A stretch of 64,000 bases of DNA, taken from NCBI GenBank assembly GCA_047972065.1, contig JBKEAH010000033.1, forward strand, positions 403 to 64,402, given 5' to 3'. Shown piece after piece: positions 1 through 9,414 of the stretch. Each line of letters begins with the position of its first letter. Position 1 is the stretch's first letter. The notes under the pieces were generated by a model. It searched no databases. It worked only from the letters and a program-made list of their open reading frames with translations, and had not been told where the DNA came from. Source of the DNA: Desertimonas sp. (GTDB lineage: Bacteria; Actinomycetota; Acidimicrobiia; Acidimicrobiales; Ilumatobacteraceae). The position numbers were made by a program, and so were the translations under genes.

Positions 1-24
1 GGGGTGTGATCGCCCCGGCCGGCG

Positions 25-1575
25 TCAGCGCAGCATCGCCTGGACGATGGTGATGTGGTCGGCGTCGGCCGCCGCCTTGTCGTCGCGGTAGCGCCGCACG
101 CGGGCGAATCGGAGCGCCACCCCGCCGGGATAGCGCGTCGACGCCTGCACCCCGTCGACGGCGACCTCGGCCACCAGCTCGGGCCGCACGTGTACCAGCC
201 AGCCGTCCTCGCCGCCGATGGCGAGGCGTTGCAGCCGCTCGGTCTGCCACGCCAGCAGCTCGTCGGTGAGCCCCTTGAACGTCTTTCCGACCATCACGTA
301 CTCGCCATCGTCGCCGCGCGCCCCGAGATGGAGGTTGGAGAGCCACCCGGTCCGGCGGCCGTGACCCCATTCGGCGGCCAGGATGACGAGATCGAGCGTG
401 TGGACCGGCTTGACCTTGCGCCACGCCTTGCCGCGCCGCCCGGCGTCGTAGGCCGCGGCGAGGTTCTTGACCATCACCCCTTCGTGGCCAGCGGCCACGG
501 CGACGTCGAGAAAGGCGGCCGCCTCGACGGCATCGGCGGTGATGATCGAGGGCAGCCGCGCCGTGACGGGCACGAGCGACGCCAACAGCTCGCGCCGCGT
601 CGACAAAGGCTCGTCGACCACCGACGCGCCATCGGCGTGGAGCACGTCGAAGAAGAACGCACCCAGCCCGACGGGACCGCCAGAACGGCCGGGGCCGGTG
701 CCCGGCTCGGCGGGCCGCCCGATCGAGCGTGTCCCGAGCTCGGCCATCGTGTCCTGGAAGCGCCGGGGTGAACCGTCGTCGCTGACCCCGAGCACCTCGC
801 CGTCGAGCACGAGGTCCCCGCCGGGCAGGGATGCCGTCAAAGCCACCACCCCACCGAGCCGAGCGGTGACGTCGTTGAGGTTGCGGGTGAACAGCCGCAC
901 CTCGCCGTCGCGGCGGTGGGCCTGGACGCGGGCACCGTCGAGCTTCCACTCGACCGAGGACCGCCCGGTCGCATCGATCGCCTCGGCGACGTTGGTCGCC
1001 GACGACGCCAGCATCGGCCGGACGGCCCGACCCGGCTCGAGACCGATGTCGTCGAGCGCCGCTCGGCCACCCCCCAGCGCGGCGGACGCCGTCGCCCCGA
1101 GATCGCCGGCAAACATGTGGGCCCGACGGACGACGGCCACCGGCACCGCGGCGGCCCGGGCGATGGCGTCGCCCATGACACCGTCGAGCGCTCCCTGGCG
1201 CAGCTCCCCGCTCAACACGCGCCACAACATCCGCTGCTCGGACGCCGTCGCCCGTTCGAACAACCCGCCGAGCACGCGGCGCCGTGCGGCCTGGACACCG
1301 CCGCCCGACATGGCCGCCAGCTCGTCGATCGCCCGGTCGATGTCGAGGACCGACAACGACGGCGCGGCGGCGGGCGCTTCCCCCGCCGCCTGCAACGTGC
1401 GCCAGCCGACGCCGATGCGGCCCTGGCGCGGCGCCCCGGTGAGGAACCCGACGACGATGGGGACCTCACCCGGCGCCAGCTCGCGCAACAGTTCGACCAG
1501 CGCCGCCGTCTTCTCGGTGCGCTTCGAGGTGGCCGCCAACCGCTCGGAGGTCGCAGCCACCGAGGCGAACAACAT
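25..1575 (-). CDS. ATP-dependent DNA ligase (LigB-type)
   Basis: 516-aa ORF with the adenylation motif EWKLDGARVQ (KxDG). Further ligase motifs are LDGEVLGV, GHEGVMVKN and WRKVKP. Confidence 0.85.
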   Translation of the reverse strand: MLFASVAATSERLAATSKRTEKTAALVELLRELAPGEVPIVVGFLTGAPRQGRIGVGWRTLQAAGEAPAAAPSLSVLDIDRAIDELAAMSGGGVQAARRRVLGGLFERATASEQRMLWRVLSGELRQGALDGVMGDAIARAAAVPVAVVRRAHMFAGDLGATASAALGGGRAALDDIGLEPGRAVRPMLASSATNVAEAIDATGRSSVEWKLDGARVQAHRRDGEVRLFTRNLNDVTARLGGVVALTASLPGGDLVLDGEVLGVSDDGSPRRFQDTMAELGTRSIGRPAEPGTGPGRSGGPVGLGAFFFDVLHADGASVVDEPLSTRRELLASLVPVTARLPSIITADAVEAAAFLDVAVAAGHEGVMVKNLAAAYDAGRRGKAWRKVKPVHTLDLVILAAEWGHGRRTGWLSNLHLGARGDDGEYVMVGKTFKGLTDELLAWQTERLQRLAIGGEDGWLVHVRPELVAEVAVDGVQASTRYPGGVALRFARVRRYRDDKAAADADHITIVQAMLR

Positions 1576-1673
1576 GACGCCAGTGTGGCCGAGCCCGGAC
1601 CGCGGCGCGCCACGGTCGCAGCGTTAGGGTGATCGACGGAGGAGGCGGTCGGCAACGACGCCGGCCGAACAAC

Positions 1674-3629
1674 ATGACTGACACAGCCCAACGGGGTTCG
1701 GGCGAGGCGGAGTCGGCAGCGGTGTCCGTCGGCGGCGGCGCGGCGAGCGGCGACGCCACGATCCTTGATCGGGTCGTCGTACGCTTCGCTGGAGACTCCG
1801 GCGACGGCATGCAGCTGACCGGTGATCGCTTCACCTCGGTGAGCGCGTCGTACGGCAACGACCTGTCGACGCTTCCCGAGTACCCCGCCGAGATCCGCGC
1901 CCCCGCCGGCACCGTCCACGGCGTGTCGAGCTTTCAGGTCCACATCTCGGACCACCCGATCACGACACCCGGCGACGAACCCAACGTGCTGGTGGCGATG
2001 AACCCCGCCGCGCTGCGTGCCGATCTCAGCCGGCTCGAGCCGGGCGGCACGCTGATCGTCAACGAAGACGCCTTCGACGAGCGCAACCTCGACAAGGCCG
2101 GGTACCGCACCGCCGGCGGCGAGACCCGCAACCCGCTCGATGACGGCAGCCTCGACGGCTATCGCGTCATCAAGGTGCCGATGACCTCGCTGACCAAGGA
2201 GGCGACGGCGCCGCTCGGGGTCAAGCCGCGTGATGCCGAGCGGTCGAAGAACTTCTTCGCCCTCGGTCTCGTGTCATGGATGTACACCCGGCCGACCGAG
2301 CCGACGTTGCAGTGGGTCGACGAGCGGTTCGCCAAGACCGAGATGGTCGCCGCCGCCAACAAGGCCGCGTTCCTGGCCGGCTATCACTTCGGTGAGACCA
2401 CCGAGGCGGTCGGCCACCGCTTCGAGATCAAGCCCGCGGCCACCCTGCCGGCCGGCGAGTACACCTCGGTGACGGGCAACACCGCGCTGGCGTGGGGGAT
2501 CGTGGCCGCCGGCCAACTGGCCCAGCTGCCCGTCACGCTCGGCTCCTACCCGATCACGCCGGCGTCGGACATCCTGCACGAGCTGTCCAAGCACAAGCAC
2601 TTCGGTGTGCGCACCGTCCAGGCCGAAGACGAGATCGCGGCGATCGGCATGGCGCTGGGCGCCGCCTTTGCCGGACATCTCGGCGTCACCACGACGAGTG
2701 GACCGGGCGTCGCCCTCAAGAGCGAGACGATCAGCCTGGCCGTCTCGGTCGAGCTTCCCCTGCTCGTCGTCGACATCCAGCGCGGCGGGCCGTCGACGGG
2801 TCTGCCGACCAAGACCGAGGCGGCCGACCTGAACATCGCGCTGTTCGGACGCCACGGCGAGGCGCCATTGCCGGTGGTGGCGGCGCGTAGCCCGGTGCAC
2901 TGCTTCGAGGCGGCGATCGAGGCGGCGCGCATCGCGGTGAAGTACCGCACCCCGGTGATCCTGCTGTCGGACGGCTTCCTCGCCAACGGATCCGAGCCGT
3001 GGCAGCTCCCCGATGTCTCGACGCTGCCGGACATCTCGGTCCCCTTCGCCACCGAACCCAACCACACCGACCCCGACGGCAACCCCGAGTTCTGGCCCTA
3101 TCTGCGCGAGCCCGACACCCTCGCCCGACCGTGGGCGATCCCGGGAACGCCCGGCCTGATGCACCGCGTCGGTGGCATCGAGAAGGAGGGCGACGGCACC
3201 GGCAACATCAACTACACGCCCGAGAACCACCAGAAGATGGTCGATCTGCGCGCCGCCAAGGTCGCGGCCGTCGCCCGCGACATCCCACCGATCCATGTCG
3301 AGGGCGACGCCGACGCCGACCTGCTGGTGCTCGGCTGGGGGTCGACATGGGCGGCCATCGACGCCGCCGTCCAACGACGACGACGAGCCGGGGTGAAGGT
3401 GGCGTGGGCCCACCTCATGCATCTCAACCCGCTGCCGTCGGACCTCGGCGATGTGCTGGGCCGCTACCGCAAGGTGCTGGTCCCCGAGCTCAACAAGGGC
3501 CAGCTGTCGCGGGTCGTGCGGGCCGAGTACCTGGTCGACGCCCGTTCGCTGAGCAAGGTGCAAGGGCTGCCGTTCATCGCCCGTGAGATCGAAGACGCCA
3601 TCGACGGCCTGTTGGCCGAGGAGAACTGA
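1674..3629 (+). CDS. korA: 2-oxoglutarate:ferredoxin oxidoreductase subunit alpha
   Basis: N-terminal VVVRFAGDSGDGMQLTG and GSYPITPASDILHEL are typical of KorA. korB follows directly. ATG 1674 is preferred over GTG 1629, whose extension is Gly/Arg-rich. Confidence 0.85.
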   Translation: MTDTAQRGSGEAESAAVSVGGGAASGDATILDRVVVRFAGDSGDGMQLTGDRFTSVSASYGNDLSTLPEYPAEIRAPAGTVHGVSSFQVHISDHPITTPGDEPNVLVAMNPAALRADLSRLEPGGTLIVNEDAFDERNLDKAGYRTAGGETRNPLDDGSLDGYRVIKVPMTSLTKEATAPLGVKPRDAERSKNFFALGLVSWMYTRPTEPTLQWVDERFAKTEMVAAANKAAFLAGYHFGETTEAVGHRFEIKPAATLPAGEYTSVTGNTALAWGIVAAGQLAQLPVTLGSYPITPASDILHELSKHKHFGVRTVQAEDEIAAIGMALGAAFAGHLGVTTTSGPGVALKSETISLAVSVELPLLVVDIQRGGPSTGLPTKTEAADLNIALFGRHGEAPLPVVAARSPVHCFEAAIEAARIAVKYRTPVILLSDGFLANGSEPWQLPDVSTLPDISVPFATEPNHTDPDGNPEFWPYLREPDTLARPWAIPGTPGLMHRVGGIEKEGDGTGNINYTPENHQKMVDLRAAKVAAVARDIPPIHVEGDADADLLVLGWGSTWAAIDAAVQRRRRAGVKVAWAHLMHLNPLPSDLGDVLGRYRKVLVPELNKGQLSRVVRAEYLVDARSLSKVQGLPFIAREIEDAIDGLLAEEN

Positions 3630-3630
3630 G

Positions 3631-4656
<1,026 letters not shown>

Positions 4657-4797
4657 TCGGAACGGCCCGGCACGACCATCATCCGTGCGCTGGCCCTTGC
4701 GGCCACTAGGATTCGGGGGTCGGTGGCCGTCGGGATGCTCCGCGACGAGGGTGACGGTGGCCTGACGCGATCCGCCCTCTCTCCAGAACGGTCCGGC

Positions 4798-5826
4798 ATG
4801 CACCAAGCCCAGCTCCGAGCGCGACGTCCTCAGGCGGCGCCGGTTCGCCACCACGAGGCACGCAAGGCCGTCGGCGTCAGCGCGTTGGCACTGGTGGTGA
4901 TCGTCGGGCTCCTCGTCGTCGGCGCCCGCCGCGATGCGACGACTACCCAGGCCGCCCTGGCCGTGCTCCCGCAGGCGCCGGCGGCGGCCGCCGCCACCGC
5001 CGAGGGTGATCTGGTCGGCTCTCCCGAGCTCGCCCCCGCCGAGCAGGCCGCGGCGCTGGCGGCGGCGACCGAGGGCACGCCGGCCCTGGCTCCGGACTGT
5101 CGCATCGAGGCCGACCGCCTGGCCTGGGGCGACGAGGGTCTCGATGTGAGCTGCCTCCAACAGGCCTTGATCCGCGAGGGCTATCTGGCCGGCACGGTCT
5201 CAGGTGATTTCGACACCTCGACGACCGGGGCCGTCGAGGACCTCCAGACGACCGAGAACCTCTTCGTCGACGGTGTGGTCGGACGCGAGACGGCACTGTT
5301 CCTCAACATCTGGCGGGACGAGTACGCCAACGTGGTGCGCACCCCGGCGCCGGCGCCGGGCACCTACGACTCGATGGGCTACGAGCTGTCGCCGGTCGCC
5401 AGCACCGGGGCCGACGCGCCACCGCTGCCCGAGAACTCCGGGAGCGGCCGCCGGGTCGTGTACTCACGGGAGGAACAGCGGGTCTGGGCCGTCAGCTCCG
5501 AGGGCGAGATCATCCGCTCGTGGCTCGTGTCGGGCAGCAAGTACAGCAACGAGCAACCCGGCACCCATCGGGTGTACAGCCGCTCGGAGCAGTCGACGGC
5601 GTGGAACGGTGCCGCCATCCTGCCGCTGATGATCCGCTGGCTGAAGACCGACATCGGCGCCATCGGTTTCCATGGCATCCCGACCCACGTGGAAGACGGC
5701 TCGCCCTACCAGACCGACGCCGAGCTGGGCACCCGGCTGTCGGGTGGCTGCCAGCGGCAGAACAACATGGACGCCCGGTTCCTGTGGGCGTTCGCCGACG
5801 TCGGCACCGTCGTCGTCGTGGTCTGA
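4798..5826 (+). CDS. L,D-transpeptidase with peptidoglycan-binding domain
   Basis: N-terminal TM segment, then a PG_binding_1-like segment (LQQALIREGYLAGTVSGDFD...VDGVVGRET). YkuD catalytic signature GFHGIP...SGGCQRQ. Confidence 0.75.
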   Translation: MHQAQLRARRPQAAPVRHHEARKAVGVSALALVVIVGLLVVGARRDATTTQAALAVLPQAPAAAAATAEGDLVGSPELAPAEQAAALAAATEGTPALAPDCRIEADRLAWGDEGLDVSCLQQALIREGYLAGTVSGDFDTSTTGAVEDLQTTENLFVDGVVGRETALFLNIWRDEYANVVRTPAPAPGTYDSMGYELSPVASTGADAPPLPENSGSGRRVVYSREEQRVWAVSSEGEIIRSWLVSGSKYSNEQPGTHRVYSRSEQSTAWNGAAILPLMIRWLKTDIGAIGFHGIPTHVEDGSPYQTDAELGTRLSGGCQRQNNMDARFLWAFADVGTVVVVV

Positions 5827-5852
5827 CGCTCACTCCACCGGACCCAGAACGC

Positions 5853-5891
5853 GACGAAGCCCGCCCCGACGAGGTCGGAGCGGGCTTCGTC
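5853..5891. terminator. bidirectional hairpin between convergent genes
   Basis: Perfect 12-bp stem GACGAAGCCCGC / GCGGGCTTCGTC with a 15-nt loop. It sits between the stop of the transpeptidase gene (5826) and the stop of the small lipoprotein gene (5902). Confidence 0.55.
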
Positions 5892-5901
5892 CAGTCGGGG
5901 T

Positions 5902-6078
5902 TCAGCTCCCGGACGTGGTCTCCTCGACCATCGTCTCGTCGGCCGCGCCGCTGTCGTCGGTGACCTCCTCGGTGGTGTCGGTACCGCCGTCGTCATCGTC
6001 GTCGTCGTCGCTGCACGCGGCAAACGTCGTCACGGCGAGCGCCACGGCCGCCATCGAAGCAAGCTTGTTCCGTCGCAT
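5902..6078 (-). CDS. small (58 aa) highly acidic putative lipoprotein
   Basis: Hand-translated as MRRNKLASMAAVALAVTTFAAC|SDDDDDDDGGTDTTEEVTDDSGAADETMVEETTSGS*. It has a basic n-region, a hydrophobic core and a lipobox-like FAAC. AAGGA lies about 12 nt upstream. It is below the 60-aa cutoff of the ORF track. Confidence 0.5.
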   Translation of the reverse strand: MRRNKLASMAAVALAVTTFAACSDDDDDDDGGTDTTEEVTDDSGAADETMVEETTSGS

Positions 6079-6350
6079 GGTTCTGCTGGTCCTTTCAAGG
6101 GTTCACGCTGCTGGTATCCGCCCACCGCGACGGTAACCGATCCAGCCGTCACCAAACCGTCATCCTGATGTCGGTGACCAAGATCACAGGCCCGGCACGT
6201 GTCTCCGGCTGGCGGTTGATCGGGCGGGCGCGGCAACGACCAGACTTGGCGCTGCACAGTACGGCGTCGGACCCTTCCAGCGCCGCGGACCTGGCAACCG
6301 ATCTGCGAATCCCGACCGAACGCACCCACCATCCATCGAGGAGCTGCAAC

Positions 6351-6371
6351 ATGAAACGGCCAGTCACGTGA
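6351..6371 (+). other. 6-codon upstream ORF (MKRPVT*) overlapping the FAH-family start (GTGA)
   Basis: The only good SD in the region (GAGGAG 6338-6343) is 7 nt upstream of ATG 6351. The uORF stop TGA (6369-6371) overlaps GTG 6368 of the downstream gene. Confidence 0.3.
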
Positions 6372-7195
6372 GACTCGCCAACCACGCCGGGCGCGCCACC
6401 CTCGTCGTGCCCGACGGTGTCGCCGATCTCGCCACCGTGTCGAACGGTCGGTTCGGACCGGACCTGGCATCGGTGTACGAACACTGGGCCGACGTGGTCG
6501 AGCTCGCCGCCGATGTCACCGCACCGACGGCGGTGCTGGACGAGGCGTCGCTCGGCAACCCGGCGCCACACCCCCGACAGGTGTTCGCCATCGGGTTGAA
6601 CTACCGCCGCCACGCCGAGGAGTCCGGGATGCAGGTGCCGCCGGTCCCGGCGACGTTCACCAAGTTCCCGGCGTCGTTGTCGGGGCCCTTCGACGACATC
6701 GAGATCGTCGGTGATGCCGTCGACTGGGAGGTCGAACTGGTCGCCGTCGTCGGTCGTCACGCCGACCGCGTCGCCGAGGCCGACGGCTGGTCGCACATCG
6801 CCGGGCTCACCATCGGTCAGGACATCAGCGACAGGACGCTGCAGTTCGCCGCCGGCGCCCAGTTCTCGTTGGGCAAGTCCCGCCGCGGGTACGGGCCAAT
6901 GGGCCCATGGCTGGTGACGCCCGACGAGCTCCCCGACCCCGACGATCTCGCGCTCGGGTGCTCGGTCGATGGCGAGACCGTGCAGGATGCTCGAACCAAC
7001 GACCTGATCTTCTCGGTCCCCCAGCTGGTGGCCGAGCTGTCGTCGGTGCTGCCGCTGCTGCCCGGCGACGTGATCTTCACCGGGACCCCGGCTGGCGTCG
7101 GCTTTGCCCGCCAAACCCCACGGTTCTTGCGGCCAGGCCACGTGCTGGAGACCTGGATCGAGGGCATCGGCACGATCCGCAACGTCTGCCGCTGA
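6368..7195 (+). CDS. fumarylacetoacetate hydrolase (FAH) family protein
   Basis: 275 aa with GLNYRRHAEE, FTKFPASLSGPFDDIEI, VDWEVELVAVVGR and PGDVIFTGTPAGVG, typical of FAH/HpcE-type hydratase-decarboxylases. Confidence 0.85.
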   Translation: MRLANHAGRATLVVPDGVADLATVSNGRFGPDLASVYEHWADVVELAADVTAPTAVLDEASLGNPAPHPRQVFAIGLNYRRHAEESGMQVPPVPATFTKFPASLSGPFDDIEIVGDAVDWEVELVAVVGRHADRVAEADGWSHIAGLTIGQDISDRTLQFAAGAQFSLGKSRRGYGPMGPWLVTPDELPDPDDLALGCSVDGETVQDARTNDLIFSVPQLVAELSSVLPLLPGDVIFTGTPAGVGFARQTPRFLRPGHVLETWIEGIGTIRNVCR

Positions 7196-7281
7196 CCGCC
7201 GTCGCCCCCACCCGGCCCCGGCTGCGCCGACGCGGTGGGCGAGGATCGTCGTGACGGCCGCGGTTGCGATACACCTGGGTG

Positions 7282-8298
7282 ATGACCGCGGCCACTGCTG
7301 ACCCGTCCGACGAGTTCTTCCACACCGTCGGCGATCACCCCTCGTGGAGCGAGAGCTACTACTTCAACGTGATCGACGCCAACAGCGGGATCGGGGCGTT
7401 CACCCGCATGGGCTTCCGACCCAACGACGGATGGGCCGACGCCCTCCACGCCGTGTACCTCCCGGGGGGACGGGTGGCGTTCACCTACGGACGCCGCACT
7501 GACCTGTCGCCGGCGATCGTCGACGCCTTCGGCGACGCCGACCCGAGCGTCGGCAACCTGACGCTTCGACGCGGTGAACCGTTCACCGACTGGGGCATCG
7601 TCTACTCGGGCGACGCCCAAGACCTCGCCGATCCGACCGTCATGCTCGCCGCCACCCGGGATCGCCCGGCGGGCTGGAATCGCCCGGCGCGCCTCGAGAT
7701 GGACGTGACGTTCGAGGCGATCACCGCGCCGCACTACGCGGTCGGCGGGTCGCAGGGCCACTTCGAACAGACCGGCTCGGCCCGGGGCACCATCCGCCTC
7801 GGCAACGAGCGTTGGGAGATCGACGGGTTCGGCGTGCGGGACAAGTCGTGGGGCCCGCGCACCTGGCAGGCTCCGAGCGGCAGCGCGGCGAAGGCCGACG
7901 GTCCGGCGGAGGTCGAGTCGGGTTGCTTCCTCAACTGGTTCTCGATGAACTTCGGACCCGACCTCGCGCTCGGTGGAGCCTGCGGCCGCACCGCTGATGG
8001 CACCTTCGTGGGCAAGGGGTGGATCCAGCGCGGCGAGCGCACCATCGATCTGAACGACGTGACGATCGTGACCGACTTCGACCCGAGCAACCCGCTGCTG
8101 CACCGGGCCGTCCATCTGCGCGGCGTCGATGCCGAAGGAACACCGGTCGCCGTCGAGGGGACGGTCGTCACGATCTGTCCGACGAAGATCCCGCGCCGCG
8201 ACGGCGTCACGTTCGTCAACGAGGGGCTCGCCCGGTTCGAGACCGAGGGACGCACCGGCTGGGGCATCGCCGAGCACTGGCACGCCGTCCCCCGCTGA
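7282..8298 (+). CDS. hypothetical protein (conserved-looking, function unknown)
   Basis: Long ORF with GC3-rich codons. It contains SWSESYYFNV and RDKSWGPRTW motifs that I cannot assign confidently to a named family. ATG 7282 is preferred. Confidence 0.6.
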   Translation: MTAATADPSDEFFHTVGDHPSWSESYYFNVIDANSGIGAFTRMGFRPNDGWADALHAVYLPGGRVAFTYGRRTDLSPAIVDAFGDADPSVGNLTLRRGEPFTDWGIVYSGDAQDLADPTVMLAATRDRPAGWNRPARLEMDVTFEAITAPHYAVGGSQGHFEQTGSARGTIRLGNERWEIDGFGVRDKSWGPRTWQAPSGSAAKADGPAEVESGCFLNWFSMNFGPDLALGGACGRTADGTFVGKGWIQRGERTIDLNDVTIVTDFDPSNPLLHRAVHLRGVDAEGTPVAVEGTVVTICPTKIPRRDGVTFVNEGLARFETEGRTGWGIAEHWHAVPR

Positions 8299-8328
8299 CT
8301 GTCACGACCACGCACCGGCCGGCGCGGC

Positions 8329-8763
8329 TCAGAGGTCGGCCACGTCGGGGCCGTCGCCGCGCATCGCAGGGTCGGTCGGGCTCATGATGCCCACGACGAT
8401 GGGCCCGGGGCCGCGCACGATGGCGTAACGGGCACCCCAGAACGAGTCGTAGGGATCGCGCACCGGCTCGGCGCCGAGCTCCAGTGCGTCGGTGAACGTC
8501 GCATCGACCGCTGCGCGATCGTCGGCGCGGAGGTTGACGACGACGCCCTCGAACCCGGACGGCAGGCTGCCCCATCGGGCGGCGAACACCGAGCTGTCGA
8601 GATCGGCTGCGAACCCGTCGGCCGTCGGCAGCGCCAGGTGGTGCTCCTCCCACGCGGACCACGCGGCATCCAGCGTCGGCACGTCCACGCCGAGCGACCG
8701 GAGGAAGTGGCTCGCCGCCGCGAGGTCGGGCACGACGATGTTGACCTGGTGGAACCGCAACAC
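8329..8763 (-). CDS. VOC/glyoxalase-bleomycin resistance family protein
   Basis: 144 aa. The N-terminus MLRFHQVNIVVPDLAAASHFLRSLG is typical of glyoxalase-fold proteins. Confidence 0.7.
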   Translation of the reverse strand: MLRFHQVNIVVPDLAAASHFLRSLGVDVPTLDAAWSAWEEHHLALPTADGFAADLDSSVFAARWGSLPSGFEGVVVNLRADDRAAVDATFTDALELGAEPVRDPYDSFWGARYAIVRGPGPIVVGIMSPTDPAMRGDGPDVADL

Positions 8764-8829
8764 CGCCAGAGTCTCACACGACCTGGCGACCTGGCGCCCC
8801 GGGGCGCCGGTCTCGATGTCGGCGTCGCG

Positions 8830-9141
8830 CTACTCGCAACCGAAGGCGATGGCGAGCCGCCGGCACAGTTCGGCGTGGGCGTCGGGGCCGAGGGTGCCGA
8901 GACGGCGGTGGAGGCTCGACTTCAGCGTCGGCATGATCGAATCGAGCTGGGCGACCGACTCGTGGACGAGGCCGACCTCGGCGCCGAGGGGCAACTCGGT
9001 CGGGATCCCGCGGATTCGTGTCGAGCAGGGCGCGACCGTGATCCGGTCGAGGACCGGGATCGCCGCCGAACGGGTAAGGACGACGTAGGGGCGCTCTCCG
9101 GCCGCGGTGGTGACGCCCCAGTACACGTCGCCCGACCTCAC
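8830..9141 (-). CDS. mazF: type II toxin, PemK/MazF-family endoribonuclease
   Basis: GDVYW...ERPYVVLTRSAAIPVLDRITVAPCSTRIRGIPTELPLG matches MazF/PemK. GTG 9141 overlaps the antitoxin stop (GTGA). Confidence 0.8.
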   Translation of the reverse strand: MRSGDVYWGVTTAAGERPYVVLTRSAAIPVLDRITVAPCSTRIRGIPTELPLGAEVGLVHESVAQLDSIMPTLKSSLHRRLGTLGPDAHAELCRRLAIAFGCE

Positions 9142-9377
9142 CTCGGGTACTCGCCGAGATCGTCGGTCATCGTCACCAGGCACTCCACGTCGATGTCCGG
9201 GCCCTGGGGCTGGCGTCGGTAGCCGTCGACGATCGCATCGTCGAGCGCGGTACGACTGGTGGTGAGCTGACGCAGGGCTTCGGCGTACAGCGCGGAGCGG
9301 TTCATGCCGCGTCGACGCGCCTCGGTTTCCGCCTCCGCGAACACGTCATCGGGAATGCTCACGGCGATCTTGACCAC
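9138..9377 (-). CDS. ribbon-helix-helix (CopG/MazE-like) antitoxin
   Basis: 79 aa. MVKIAVSIPDDVFAEAETEARRRGMNRSALYAEALRQL is an RHH fold signature. It lies directly upstream of, and overlaps, the toxin gene. A TATACT hexamer is 7 nt upstream of GTG 9377. Confidence 0.75.
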   Translation of the reverse strand: MVKIAVSIPDDVFAEAETEARRRGMNRSALYAEALRQLTTSRTALDDAIVDGYRRQPQGPDIDVECLVTMTDDLGEYPR

Positions 9378-9414
9378 CCGCCCGAGTATAACCCGACGAC
9401 ATACCGCCGGGTTG

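Noticed and set aside
6168-6371. A 67-aa plus-strand ORF in the 290-bp region upstream of the FAH-family gene.
   Set aside because: It has no SD, poor codon bias and a low-complexity product. Only its last six codons (the SD-preceded uORF) look meaningful.
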